DNA of 64,000 nucleotides, taken from positions 95,914,001 through 95,978,000 of the forward strand of contig OX597816.1 in NCBI GenBank assembly GCA_951406725.2. The letters are read 5' to 3'. Numbering within the stretch: position 1 is the stretch's first letter; each line of letters starts with the position of its first letter. The notes beneath the pieces were generated by a model. It saw only the letters and a program-made list of their open reading frames with translations. It did no database searches and was not told the origin of the DNA. Both the position numbers and the translations under genes were made by a program. Shown here in pieces: positions 40,150 to 56,860 of the stretch. Origin of the DNA: Octopus vulgaris. Its lineage: Eukaryota.

Positions 40150-40460
40150 AAGGCTCTATTCGGTTTCGACCACGAGCGCACTAGTTCATAAGATTAATCA
40201 ATCAACCTGCCTGTGACATTAACGTGCAAGTAGCTGAGCACTCCACAGGCATGCATATCCATAACGCATTTTTCAAAGATCCAGCATGGCACAGTGTGAC
40301 AAACTAGGCATTTCAGTTACAGGTATAACTACTTCTTGCCACCTGAGTGGATTGGAGCAATGAAAATAAAGAGTCTGCTCAAGCATTTAATGCACCACCA
40401 GGAATGGAATTCATGACATTACGGTCGTGAGTCGAATACTCTAGCCACAAACCGCGCGCT
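40150..40460 (-). mobile_element. diverged tRNA-SINE (family B-related)
   Basis: Similar to 61200-61490; head reverse complement GTGGCTAGAGTATTCGACTCACGACCG. Confidence 0.65.
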
Positions 40461-40582
40461 AGAAATAACATAGAAGTGTAGAAGTGACTGTATCGCACTA
40501 CTAACACAAAAGTACCACTCAGTGGTGAGTTTTAAACCTTTATGTTATGGTTGCAAAATGAAATACGGTATCCCTGTCAGCA

Positions 40583-41832
<1,250 letters not shown>

Positions 41833-42631
41833 AGGAGGGATCGAAATCCCAGTATCGAAATCAATACGGGACCTGGGGATAGACATGAGTGACGATGCAT
41901 CTTTTTCTTCACACATCGCGAAGGTGGCGACAATGTGCAGACGACTCACTGGCTGGATCCTGAGGACATTCAGGACAAGAGACTGCGAGACCATGTTGAC
42001 ACTATGGAGGACATTTGTCCTAAGCCGCCTGGACTACTGCTCCCAACTGTGGTCACCGCATAGTGTCAAACTAACCACAGAGCTTGAGACAATCCAAAGA
42101 CATTTCACCAAGAGGATTTCCACCATGAAAGAAAAGAACTATTGGGAGAGGCTTAGGGAACTCAATTTGTACTCCTTGGAACGAAGACGAGAGAGATATG
42201 CAGTGATATACATATGGAAAATCCTGGAGGGACTAGCACCAAATTTTGGAATTGAGAGCTGTTCCAATCCCCGTACAGAACGTCACTGTGTGGTGCCAAA
42301 GGTCCCGTCTTCCACATCCAGGGTAAGGAGCAGATACTGTAATAGCCTGGGGTTCAGGGGCCCTCAGCTTTTCAACAAACTGCCAAGAAAACTAAGAGAT
42401 CTACATGATGCGGATGTGGACATTTTCAAAAAACATCTAGACAAGCTGCTTTCCGGGATCCCAGATGAACCCACTGCAAGGTACGAAGGTAACCTAAGGG
42501 CAGCAGCTACAAACTCTCTCTTAGATCAGTGGCCAGCCACGGCAAACTGGACTTAGAGAGGGTAGCAACAAGGGCGGTGCCCCAGCATGGCCTCAGCCGG
42601 ATGGCTGAAACAAGTAAAAGAGTAAAAAGAG

Positions 42632-42632
<1 letters not shown>
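41833..42632 (+). mobile_element. CR1-group LINE 3' fragment embedded in (TA)n
   Basis: [37 protein letters not shown], stop at 42556; tail GGCGGTGCCCCAGCATGGCC..GAAACAAGTAAAAGAG. Confidence 0.92.
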
Positions 42633-43302
<670 letters not shown>

Positions 43303-46300
43303 GCCAACACACAAACCTGAATAACAATAAAAATAGAAACACACCATGCTGCAGTAATGCTGGTCCAGTCTTTTCAGGAAGACACAAAAACAACAACAAC
43401 AAAAGTGGAAACTACAACCCTATCCAACAGTGCAACCACACCTCCAGCCAAAAACTGCTCCCTAAGCAGGAAAATTCTTTTTTAGCCATGTTGAACATGG
43501 CAAAAGAGATACACAAAAACATTCTAGCCATCACTCAACACCATCCTATGCTATTACCCCAGTGCACCAATTCCCCACATTGCTGCCACTAACACACACA
43601 AAAAATCCAAGCCCCCTGCAACAGTCAAAACCAGCCACTACACTAACCTCCACATTCCTACTCAATGCACAAGGTGTCAGCCCTTCCATCAATGCACAAA
43701 AATGGAAGGTCCAATTCATTGAAGACTGGGTTGGTAACCATTCACACCACATCCCTTTCTTCATTCTCACTGAGACCCACCTTGACAACTCCCACTTGGA
43801 AGCCGAAGTGAGAGTGAAGAATTTCACAACCATCCGCGCGGATCGTATCGGCAGGAGGAAGGGTGGAACTGCCATTTTCCTGCATGATTCATTTACGGCA
43901 GATGGAAATAGTATATTCTCCAACGGCTACTGTGAATCAGTCACCGTGCACAACAAAGCCAATGATCTGACAGTAATTGGACTCTATAGGCCGCCCCAAA
44001 CACCCATACTGTGCTTTAAAGAATGCCTCAACAGCATTAAGTGCTTTATTCAACAGTGCCATTCTAGCAACATACTCATGATGGGAGACTTCAATCTACC
44101 CTGTGTTGACTGGACTACAAACTGTTTGAAACCAAGCACTCCCGCCTCAACCGCTGACAAAGAAGCAGCAGAGTCACTTTTCGACTTTACGAATGAGTTT
44201 TTCTTGTCCCAACTTGTCCTTGCACCAACAAGACATCAGAACATTTTGGACCTAGTGTTTAGTAACCACACTAACACTATACATAACGTTACAGTGGAAA
44301 AAACCCTTCTTTCAGACCATGACATGGTTCTCTGTAACATGAAATTCCACCAGCCGAAAGCTAATCCTAGTGACCTTCCTCCAGCCCACCCATTTGACAA
44401 CATGGATCTCCATAAAGCCAACTGGGATGCAATCAGGAACGAGCTATCAAATGTTGACTGGTCCTTTACACATACACACATCTCCACCAACCATAAAACA
44501 TCTTGGCAGATCTTTGTAGACACCGTCACAGACATATGTGCAAAACACTCCCCACCAAGACCTGTGAACAAAAAGTGCAGAATCCCCCAAAACAGAAAAA
44601 CCATTATCAGAAAAATAAAAAGAACAAACAAAAAAATTAACAAACTAAAGTACTGCCAACAGCAACACACACATTCGACGGCTATCGCACTGCTTGAATC
44701 CAAAAAATATAACCTCCAACAATGCATGAAGTCCCTCATCAATAACCAAAGATCAGCTGAGGAGAAGTGGGCCATTGAAAAAATCAAACTCAACCCCAAA
44801 GTGTTCTTTTCATTTGCGAGGAAACGCAGGGTCACTGTCTCCACTGTAGGCCCTCTAATTGACGAAACTGGCACTCTCCAAGATAATGCCAAATCCATGG
44901 CCGAGATACTGCAGAAACAATACTGCTCTGTTTTCAGCAATCCTGATATGGCCGATCTGGGCTGTATCAGTGATGTCAACCCCCAACACACTATATCGGA
45001 CATAACGTTTAGTGCCCCTGATGTCTTAGCGGCGATAAACGAAATAAAACACAATTCAGCAGTAGGCCCCGATAGGTTCCCTGCTTGTGTCCTGAAGGTG
45101 TGTCGACACCAACTTGCATCTCCCCTTGCTAATCTGTGGAGAAACTCACTGGATGCTGGCTATATTCCAAAAACCTTCTGTCCCAGTCTGTTGTCCCAGT
45201 TTTCAAAAAGGGAAACAAGTCCCTTGCAGTGAATTACCGTCCGATCTCACTCACCTCTCATATCATCAAGGTATTTGAGAGGGTGGTGAGATCTCAAATA
45301 ACCCAATTTCTGGAAAGCAACAGACGGCTGATCTCCAACCAACATGGGTTCCGTAATGGAAGGGACTGCCTAACGCAGCTCCTGCATCACTTTGAGGACA
45401 TTTTGAGAGCTTTGGGAGAGGGCTCCAACACCGATGTCATCTACCTTGATTTCAGTAAGGCCTTCGACAGGGTCGATCACAAGATCCTATTGAAAAAACT
45501 ATCCAACATTGGTGTCTCTGGAAAGTTACTGAAATGGATTAAGTGTTTCCTGACAGACAGATCTCAACATGTTGTAGTTGAAGGGGTAAAATCAAGCCCA
45601 GCCAAAGTCAGTAGTGGCGTTCCGCAAGGCACTGTGCTGGGCCCACTTCTTTTCATCATTTACATTAATGACATTAATGACATCATCAAGCACAGCAACA
45701 TAAAAATCTTTGCAGATGACTCCAAGCTACAGAAGGTCATAAATGAGGCGAGTGACCGGACATGCCTTCAGTCAGATCTACTGGCTGTTATCCAATGGGC
45801 AGAAAAAAACAATATGCTGCTGAACGAGGATAAATTTGAGCTAATCCACTTTGGAAAAGAGGATGCCCTGAAACTCCCATACTCCCTTCCTTCAGGTGAA
45901 ACTCCCACGGCGTCCAACAACATCAGAGACTTGGGAGTAATTGTGGACAACAACGTAAGCTGGGCCACTCATATAAACACCAAAGTTGACATGGCCCGCA
46001 GAATGTGTTCCTGGATTCTCAGAACTTTCCAGTCGAGAGATATCCACACCATTATCCTTCTCTTCTCCACTTTTGCCCGACCCCACCTTGAATACTGTTG
46101 TCCACTGTGGTCTCCCCACACAATACAAGGTATCATAAAAGTCGAAGCACCTCAAAGGGCAATCACAAAAAAGATAGATGGCATGACAGGCCTCGACTAT
46201 TGGGGTCGACTAGAAAAGCTAAAACTCTATTCTCTCCAACGTCGTCGTGAGCGCTACATCATCTGCATGATGTGGAAAATATTCCATCAGCATTGCCCAA

Positions 46301-46680
46301 ATGATGTTGGCATCACCTTTAAGGTACATCCAAGGCTTGGGCCCCGTGCCATCCGCCCAAAACAAAAATCGCACTCTCATCTCATAACAACAATACGGCA
46401 CAATTATTTCACCTCAATTGGCCCCGCTCTCTTTAACATTACACCAAAACACATTAAAACTGAAACTGACCCTATAGGGTTCAAGAAGTCTTTGGACAGA
46501 TTCCTTCAAGAAATCCCGGATAAACCCCCTACACCCGGATATGTCTCTGTAAACAATAACTCTCTACTTGAGTGGGCCATAGTGCCCAAATTCTGACTTG
46601 AAAGACTTCACCAGGTGGTGCTATTAAGTTAGACATGGCCTGGGCCAATAATGGCCGAAACCTATCAAAGTATCAAAGTA
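43303..46680 (+). mobile_element. CR1-group LINE with nearly intact ORF2 and probable ORF1 C-terminus
   Basis: APE plus RT; (TATCAAAG)2 tail; both ends abut (TA)n. Confidence 0.93.
43562..46596 (+). pseudogene. LINE ORF2 (APE endonuclease and RT), one frameshift near 45170-45180
   Basis: LTETHL, GLYRPP, MGDFNLP, ILDLVF, LSDH in frame 43562-45232; NYRPISLTSH, YLDFSKAFDRVDH, GVPQGTVLGPLLF, FADDSK in frame 45136-46596. Confidence 0.9.
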
Positions 46681-47545
<865 letters not shown>

Positions 47546-47584
47546 TAATATAATGAATTAAAAGACATAATCAAGGATCGAGCT

Positions 47585-48065
47585 ATGGTGCTTAGTAAAA
47601 GACAGCCTAAAAACTTGAAAACATTACTAACAAAGGCAAAATTTGACCTCAGCAACAAAGACCAAACATTCACGGTATCTAAATGCAATGATAGCCGATG
47701 TGGCACATGCCAATTCATACATACCGGTCAATATATAAACACAAAAACCGGAAAAAATATTCACAAACGCGAATATGAACTGCAAAAGCAGAAATTTAAT
47801 TTACTGCATCAAATGCCCAAATTGTGAAGAAATATATGTAGGTCAGACGGGAAACGCACTATTAGAACGCTCACGTGTACACCGGCAACAGATTAGAGAC
47901 CCAGAGGTCCGTCAGATACCTTTGAGTAACCACCTAGCAACATGTGGTCGGAAAATATATATAATATTTCCATTCTACAAATTACACAGCCCAAGTGAAA
48001 TCGAGAGGAAAATCAGAGAAAAGAATTTTATTGATAAATTCGAACCCAAGCTAAATAAGCAATAA
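47585..48065 (+). pseudogene. Penelope GIY-YIG endonuclease, frameshift near 47760
   Basis: LIY..C..C...YVGQT signature split over ORFs 47585-47827 and 47775-48065. Confidence 0.85.
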
Positions 48066-48559
48066 TAATAATACTTAGAGGTATTACTTCCACTGCTACG
48101 ACCATGACCACTAACAACAACAACAATACTAAAGGTGATCAAGACGAAGATAGCAGGAAAATTATCTTATTTAGGGTTAAAAGTTCTATTGCCACCACCA
48201 TCACCACTAGCAACAATAATTAAGGTGCTGACAATGATGATGATGACAATTGAAATATAAAAATATAAAAATCTCTGACAAAGGATATTTACAACATTTC
48301 TAAAAATAACCCAACAATTGCTGCTTCGGCCAGGGTCAAGATACAGGACTCTTGACCTGTCCAACAAAGCGTGATGCCTAAACCAATCAGCTCAACCAAC
48401 CAATCAGCTTAAGTAATTGAGTGATACTACACACTGATTGGTCAGAATACAGTTTGCAAAACCTAGCACTCTGGAGCCTACCCAGCTGTATTTATAGCAC
48501 AGAATCACTCATCTTGCTACAGTCAAAAATTGTGAAGCATGACTGTCAACACTACTACA

Positions 48560-48604
48560 TGAACCCGAAGATTGCAGAATTCAATGCATGAAAGTACTAG
48601 TTCA
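48560..48604 (+). ncRNA. minimal type I hammerhead ribozyme (PLE-associated)
   Basis: Stem I TGAAC/GTTCA; core CCGAAGA (CUGANGA with U4C); stem II TGCA-GAATTCAA-TGCA; GAAA; palindromic stem III AGTACT; UA cleavage site. Confidence 0.7.
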
Positions 48605-48781
48605 ATCAGAATGAATATTTAACATTCTACTATTTCATTTTATTTTATTCAATTATAATATATTATCTTATAATATATCATTATAAGATTGTAAATAAAA
48701 CGTGAAAATCAGACAAGGTTGGAATTCTTTTTATTAATATATTCTTCTATACACAATCACACACACCCATATATATATATA

Positions 48782-48821
<40 letters not shown>

Positions 48822-48831
48822 TATACATAGG

Positions 48832-49068
48832 GAGGGCGCCGAGCTGGCAGAATCGTTAGCACGCCGGACGAAATACTTAGCGGTATTTCGTCTGCCGCTA
48901 CGTTCTGAGTTCGAATTCCGCCGAGGTCGACTTTGCCTTTTTCATCCTTTCGGGGTCGATTAAATAAGTACCAGTTACGCACTGCGGTCGATGTAATCGA
49001 CCTAATCCGTTTGTCTGTCCTTGTTTCTCCTCTCTGTGTTTAGCCCCTTGTGAGTAGTAAAGAAATAA
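48832..49068 (+). mobile_element. tRNA-SINE family C, full length, Meta/MESC-like core
   Basis: Head GAGCTGGCAGAATCGTTAG, B box GAGTTCGAATTCC, core GACTTTGCCTTT..CATCCTTTCGGGGTCGATTAAATAAGTACCAG; core name is from memory. Confidence 0.8.
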
Positions 49069-49089
49069 GTATATATATATATATATATT

Positions 49090-49388
49090 GTTTGTTCCTT
49101 TTCGAGCCACGCCTGGCTCATAAGGGCCGAGTTCCCGGTTTCCTTGGCGTACAGGTTCCCCACCTGAACGGGACACCGATCCGTCGCAGGTGAGCTGCAA
49201 GATTCAGGAGGAAAGAGTGAGAGAAAGTTGGGGCGAAAGAGTCAGCAGAAGTTCGCCATCACCTTCTGCCGGAGCGGCGTGGAGTTTAGGTGTTTCGTTC
49301 ATAAACACACACAACACCCGGTCTGAGATTCGAACCCTGCGATCCCTCGAATGCGAGTTCGCTGCTCTAACCACTAGGTCATGTGCCT

Positions 49389-49390
<2 letters not shown>
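49090..49390 (-). mobile_element. SINE family B variant
   Basis: Similar to 24790-25066; head GAGGCACATGACCTAGTGGTTAGAGCAGCG. Confidence 0.85.
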
Positions 49391-49422
<32 letters not shown>

Positions 49423-50519
49423 GTGCGCACATTTATATATTAATTGCTGTTAGGGATACCGTATTTCATTTTGCCAGCATAATGTTCTACTAAAGGCTTA
49501 CAAGTACACACACAGACATACACTTGCATGCACATATATGCAAACATACTAATATATTTATACATGTGTGTATCATGTCTGTGTGTATTGAACTGAAATT
49601 ATCTCTACCTATTTTCGTTTTCTTTTCTGGTTCCTCCACTCGTTCGTAGGTTGTACTCAGTATTCAAAGTCGTACGACTTCGTCTTCTATTCTAGCGATG
49701 TTTATAATCGCTGCTTCCCTGAAGTTGAATCGTTCTGTGCTTTCTTTTGACCTAAACTTTTATGTTTCTGGATAACACCGCTGACGTGGAGGTTTCCATG
49801 CCTCTTCTTCCCTTTCTCTTATTTGTTTTCTATGTGATATCACGTTTATTAATATTCATATTTTTGACGCACATTGCCTCTGTTTTGTTCAGTAATAGTT
49901 TTCTCTCATTATGAGGTGCTGTATCTTTTACTCCTGTTCATAGTTTGCTTTTTCCCCTTCTCTCCCCGTCTCTTTCTTTCTCACTGCCTCTCGTTCTTCT
50001 TCTGGTACCGGTCTGCTCGTCTCTATTCATCCTTCCTTTTCGCGAATGCCTTAGTGTTCGCACGTCTTATGTTCCTCTCTGCATCAGGTGGTATTCTTTC
50101 GACATTTCTCCTCCATAGCCTTTGTGTTTGTATTTTTTCCGTTTGTTTTCACCCTAAGTAGAATAATTCCGTTCTTTCTATGTTGAGCTGCCATAATCTG
50201 TATTTCTCTGATAATTTTTTGTTTTTACTCAGTTGTTGATCTCCGTATTTTTAAATCGTAAAATTTATTTTTTTAAAATTAAGTAGTGCACATTTATTAT
50301 TTTAAAGATATGCTTTCTAAACACTCTTTATTTCACACTTGCTATATGGACTTTTGTACTATCTTATTAATTAAATGTTTCAGAAGAAAATACAATTTCA
50401 AGAAAAATTAACATAAATTTTAGTTTGTATAAAAGGAAAACAAATCGCAATATCACATCCTAAAATAAAAGTATTTCAAAAAAATTACAAAATATCGACT
50501 CGATTATGGCTGGGAAATA

Positions 50520-51262
50520 ACAGTTTACTCCAAGCAGCCGCTCCTAACTTTTACCAGGGCCTCAAGACGGCTCCTGAACCTGGCGCACGTGCTTCTGGAA
50601 AAGACTTCGAACAGCTCTCTGATCTTGGCCACTCGGTGTTAGCATTGCAGGCAAGGCGGTTGATGTCTTTCTCAACTGCACCCCACAAATAGTAATCCAT
50701 AGAATTAAAATCGGAGGAATTTGGAGACCAGAAATTGGGCTGGTGAAAACGAATAAATTCTCCGACAATCACTTCTGACTTTTTCCGGAACCAAATCCCG
50801 TTGCCACACTTATGGCCTTCCAGCAACAATGCTCTCCTGCCAGGGATTAGCCACCAGCAGCTTCACGTAGCTATCTGAACTGAGCCTAAAGTCCTGTTTA
50901 AAGATATGAGAATGAATTGCGGCGTGCGGAGCTAGCTGTCAGAATGCCTACTGTGACACTTCCTGCTGGTCACGGCTTCGTAGTCTCCGTTGTAACTGTC
51001 CATATCACTCACGTCTTTACAGTGTTCACATAGCATTGAGCAGCAGTTATGATGTCAGCATTTTGATACCCGGTGGAAATCATTATGATGCAGGTAGCTC
51101 TTTTCCAATATTCAGCTGGCTTCCAGTCCGCCATGTCATCTAAATATTTCTCAATTACAACTTTAATCCTTAAGCTCTCCAACGCCGTCGACAGATCAAC
51201 AATACATCAAGCTGTTCCTTGAAAAGGAAGACATATCGTCAAATTTAGCCCGAACACACTCT
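50520..51262 (-). mobile_element. Tc1/mariner transposon remnant
   Basis: FWSPNSSDFNSMDYYLWGAVEK, resembling WPPNSPDLNPLDY..WG; TIR-like end near 51240-51262. Confidence 0.7.
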
Positions 51263-51370
51263 ACAAACTATATAAGAACTGCTACAACGCTACTCTTCTC
51301 AGTACAAATTTATTGATTCTCTATCACCACTTCATTGTAGATACTGTCACCGTGTCCTTTGGACACCATC
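51147..51370 (+). repeat. diverged direct repeat, second copy at 52733-52940
   Basis: Shared CTCTCCAACGCCGTCGA.AGATCAACAATACATCAA ... GTCCTTTGGACACCATC. Confidence 0.85.
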
Positions 51371-54300
51371 TTAGAGAAAATTACTCAGCTACTAAAGTCG
51401 TGATGCAATGACTGTTATTATATTACTACTACGACTATTAACACTGTAGACCTAATAGTTTATTACAGTTAGCACTTCACCGTACCACTTCAGTCACGAT
51501 CACGCAGCTACAGGCTTTCAACCACACAACTAAAGCCATTATGATTGAAGCTAATTTTACGCCATTGCAGCACACAGAAATACAACTAAGTATAAGTAGT
51601 GGTCGATTCTCCGTTGGTTTTCAATGATGAGGATTAAGTTGTTTAATTACCTGAACTTCCACTTGTGAAATTAACGTATAAGCGGTTAAGTATCCCACAA
51701 GACAGTTGTACTCTTTATGTAATTCTCAGGTTGAATCAGTGTGATATGCGAAAAGACAGGAGTTTGAATTACAAGCGCAACGTAGAGAGAGAGAGAGGAG
51801 TGAGAGAGAGAGAGAGAAAGAGAGAAATAGAGCTGGAGAGAGGAGAGAGAGAAAGAGAGAAAGAGAGCTGGAGAGAGGAGAGAGAGAGAGAGATAGAGAG
51901 AGATAATCAGTTTTATGACTGAAATGGTATTTAATCTATGATGCCCGATCAGAAGCAAAGTTGACATCAGCAATATTTGAACTCAGACTGAATAAAGTTA
52001 GCCGTTCAATCCGATGTGAAGATTCGCTGCTTTCACAACTACAGATAATGCTCTGCTTTTTCACTTACATCCTTAAGAACACATTACACTATCTGAGCTC
52101 TATTATGCCATTACAAACTTTACTACAAATACCACTTCAGCAATATAATCGCACATGAATATTATTGATATCACCACAGTATTAGAACATCCACTACGCC
52201 TGCAACAATATTCTGACAAATACTACTATACCGCCATTACACCACTATATTAATGGTTCAATGAGGAATCTTCAATGCAGTCACCTAATCTGCTAAAAAG
52301 TGTGACTAGTCTACTTCAAACCACACTGTTGAGTTTTAAAATAGGAGGGACACATTGAATAAAGTAGTCCTCGATAGAATACATAGAAAAAGAACTAGTT
52401 GGCACAGAAGGAAACACCTTGGTGATTAGGTCTGCTCGATCAAGACAGAATTTAAACTAAACAACAACACCAAAATAACAGCAACAATATCACACTTCTA
52501 TAGCCACCTTTAATCGTTACAAGAAACACTATACAATTACAGCTTCCACTTTATTACGGTACATCCAATTCCTGTGATAACAGCACGACGGAAATAGCTT
52601 TGATGGTGATCGATACCAGAACATACGTATATTCGACTCACTTCCTGGCTGATATGATTTAAAATACAAATATAGTTTTACACTTCAGTTTACATTAATG
52701 GTTGAAATATTTCATGAAGTATCATGTAAGTTTTTCTCAACTACAACTTTAATACTTATACTCTCCAACGCCGTCGATAGATCAACAATACATCAAACTG
52801 TTCCAGGAAAAAGGAGACATAAAATATAGTCAAATTCGAGCCCGAAACCCTGAATAAACTATTTAAGAATTGCTTCAACGCTTCTCTTCTCTATCACCAC
52901 TTCATTGTAGACGCTATCACTATGTCCTTTGGACACCATCACAGAGACATTGTGCGACGTTGTGTCATACGATTTTGAGATCTTCACTTTTTGGACTTCA
53001 TCATTATGAAATTTGGGGTCGCATTCTGATATAATTTTCTGTTTGAATTGAAAGTCTTTTGGCTGTCTTCGTAGCAGATAATTCCAGTTAATGCGAACGT
53101 TTGAGATTCATAGATTATATGAAACCAGAAAATATATTGAAGACTTCCTTATGTCATCTATCTAAGAACAGTTAGCTTAGTAGCCCACAAATGCCATCTC
53201 TTATTTATATTTTTCTCATTTCTCCCTCTCTTATATTCTAGTTATTTCTGTAAAAGAATTTGAATTTTTTTTTATAAGCTAATGAAACATTTATAAAATT
53301 TTCTGAGAAAACGTTATTTTCCCTTCTTTTTTTTTTTTTTATTTTGCCTGTGAAAAAAAAAAAAAAAAACGGACGGTCGTTATCACGAACTTAATGCACT
53401 GGTGACAAGTAATAAGCCGTAAATACTTTAATTGGTAAGCCAGTGTCTTCTCACTTTTGCTACTTCTTGCTCTTCGAATATTCTGAATCCGAAGTTCTTT
53501 ATTTTTCGTAAATGTAATTTAATTTTAATTTGGAAGTGCTGGCGATAATAGAGATTCCAGAGCCGCAATTATGAGTCGTGAGTTCATTATGATTAGCTAG
53601 GTTTAATCAAATCAGAGAAACTGACGACAATTCTGTCAATATATTTTAGATGATTGATATTAATTATTGCTAATTATATCTTCCAGGTTTTTCACAAATT
53701 TTACTTTTGATTTGTTAATTGTATTTTATAAACAAAGATCTCGTAATTAATATATGTGCACGTGTGTGTGTAAGCTTGTGTGTGTATGTTTGCCTATATA
53801 TGTCTTTTGTGCTTTATATATAATTATTTGCTATGTTCGGTATTTCATAAGATCAAGGACTTCTTTTATTGTGCAAACGATGTAAGCAAAAAATCTCGAG
53901 ACTGCATGTTCAGTTTTTGGCCTTAATGATAACGAAGAATAGAAGCGAATTTTAATATAATTTTCTGGTTTAATTTCGATTTGAATGTCATATGTCTGTG
54001 TTTAAATCACAGGAATCCAGTTAATGCGATCTTTTGAGATTCATATATTATATGAAGCCAGGAAATGTAAATATTTAGACACTGAGGACTGATAAAGCTC
54101 ATGTAACTGATTGTTTGTCTTCTCTATTGATTTATAGACTAAACCCAACCAACCAACTTTCTTATATTGACTATGATCATCGTAACTCTCCACTATATTT
54201 GTGTAAATGGATTACCATTCTAACATTGTATCTGATATAGTTAAAAATTGGCTGTTTCCGTTTCCGAGAAACCTAGCGGTCTTCATTTGTATTTATGCAT

Positions 54301-54654
54301 TTAAATGTTTTACTTTTTTCTTTTTTAAAGTGCTCACATACACAGACATATGTTGAAAGACATATGTATGAACATGTGTATATTTTAATATAAGTGAGTT
54401 TTTTGTTATATTTCTGAGTAAATACATACGTATGATAGGGTCGTGTGTCTGTACCTGTGTATGTTACTGCGTGAACATAAAAAAACCCATTAATGAACAT
54501 AGTTTATGTAACATTATTGTTTGCTGATAGTACATAAACTGATTTTGTGTTTTGACTCAACATCCTTCATCAGAAGGATTCCATTTCTCGCACAAACACT
54601 TATAAACATATAATTACACATGCATCAACTTACACACATGCATAGATACTTCAA

Positions 54655-54762
54655 AACACATGCACACACACACACTCACACACACATAGATACATACATA
54701 CATACATACATACATACATACCTACATACATACATACATACATACATACATACATACATACA

Positions 54763-54795
<33 letters not shown>

Positions 54796-54815
54796 GTGTA
54801 CGTGTGTGTGTGTGT
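54655..54815. repeat. (CA)n/(CATA)n
   Basis: Visible. Confidence 0.95.
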
Positions 54816-55141
54816 TTTATAAGGAGATCGTATAAAGCTTATGTTACATAATCTAGTTTCGGGTGATTCCACGCTACTTCAACACCGTCAACAACAAATC
54901 AGCAGAAAAGAAATTCCGTAAGAAAAAAGGGATGGTTTGGCGTTCACAATATGTATGCGGGTATTTAAGTCTTCGAGACGCACATAATACGCTTATTACG
55001 CTACAAATATAGAATCCAAGTCGCAATCGTTTTTTATGTAGCTATAATTTCTTTATATACATTGTGGCATATTTTCCACACTGCAAATTGTTAGCAAGAC
55101 GTGTATGTATGTTTGTATGTATTCATATGCATATACATACA

Positions 55142-55180
<39 letters not shown>

Positions 55181-55559
55181 TTGTTATGTATATTATAAAG
55201 TATATATTATAAAGCGCATGCACATACATATAGTATAGCACCTGACTTTCTAAATCATTTAGTCAAGTCGTCTTACGCGTATTTCATAAATGTTAAGTAG
55301 TATTCGTTGCTTAAGAAAAGAAAACTTTATATTAATATTATATTATCAAATCTTCAGAAATTTCGTAACACTCGTATATTTATAAAGGACAACATTATCA
55401 TATCAACGATTATAACTACTGAGAGTAGTTATGGTCATTGATATTATAAGGCTTGCTATAAGTTCATTATAAAACAACGACCATTATTATTGACACACAT
55501 ATGTAAATGTATAACTGTGGGATGCTCAGTGTTGCCCCAATAGCTGGATGTCAGTATCA

Positions 55560-55790
55560 CAGAGGATCTTGCGTAGCAAATGCATATGCTTAGCATTGAT
55601 TGAATCGCATCACAAAGATTTGCTTTTCTCTTAGAGACCAAAAAATATTTCTACCGCCAACAGCTACAGACATTTTACAAGACTTAAATGAGCCACAAAA
55701 TGGAGTACTGCTTCCACAGCTGGGATGGTGCTGCCGCTACCCACATAGATATATTGATCACGTTTACGGATAAACATACAAGCTCTAGCC
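55560..55790 (+). mobile_element. decayed CR1/Zenon-like LINE C-terminal fragment
   Basis: KMEYCFHSWDGAAATHIDIL resembles PxMEYCSHIWxGA. Confidence 0.5.
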
Positions 55791-56770
55791 TCCGGGCTGT
55801 CATTTGCATTTCAAACCCATTCATTTTCCCTCTTCCCGCAAATTTTGGTGCATCCAGCACCATCGGGGCCAGAATACCCATTTTACCTAGTCCTAGTTTA
55901 AGAACTACTTCAGTGTTTTGACTATGTAACCATCCGTTGAATGTTATACAGACTAATTTTCGAACAGAAGTAAGAGTAAATTTCAACCATTATCAGTCAT
56001 ATGACAGTATATAGTAACCAAGTTAGATAAATTCGATACATTTCATCTTACGTGGTTACCTTATATAATATACAATAAAATCAGAGTTGACACTCCCACA
56101 ACCAATGGTGAATTAACGAATGGAGAAAAGTGGAGAAACACTGCCAATAATATTAATATACTTTTTACGATGAATATCTTTTATTATGTCATATTTAATC
56201 TTCTTATATGTTATCATTTATGTCCTATAGCATCACATAGCATTATGTTATATTATGTAAGTTTACATGCTTATACGCAATTGCTATCATGGATATATTA
56301 ATCACATCCTTGAATGTTTATTACCCCCTCATATGCAAATGTTACAACTCCTAATACACCCTTGTAATATTAAATTCATAAATATTTAAGAATAATCAAT
56401 TTGCATAAGGTAATTTTCAAGCCAAACTATATTCATCTAAATATCGTCAAATGATTAAATATATATCTTATTCTTAACTTTAATGTTATAGCTAACTATT
56501 GTTTAGAACCACCCAAAACGCGATATCTTAAAGTCAGAAGCATATTAATTCAACGAAAATTTACTTAGATTACTCTGAACTGTATAGCTTCAAAATTTAT
56601 AACACATTTCATAAAATAATTATTTTTTGGTTTAAATTAACTTGATAAAAATATAAAAAATTCTCAAACTAATAAATCACAGATTCATTTCTCAGATTCG
56701 ACATCGATTTGAAAAACAAGAGATAAGTTATCAGAGTATAACTCAAAAAGACTCCACCAAAAATTATCCA

Positions 56771-56773
<3 letters not shown>

Positions 56774-56858
<85 letters not shown>
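56774..56858. repeat. (CA)n
   Basis: Visible. Confidence 0.97.

Positions 56859-56860
<2 letters not shown>

Larger units (their letters stand above)
47546..48760 (+). mobile_element. Penelope-like element 3' fragment (GIY-YIG endonuclease and pLTR)
   Basis: [20 protein letters not shown] linker; NLIYCIKCPNCEEIYVGQTG..R..H; ERKIREKNFIDKFEPKLN; hammerhead downstream. Confidence 0.88.

Noticed and set aside
44236-45054. 272-aa minus-strand ORF
   Set aside because: Antisense shadow of LINE ORF2.
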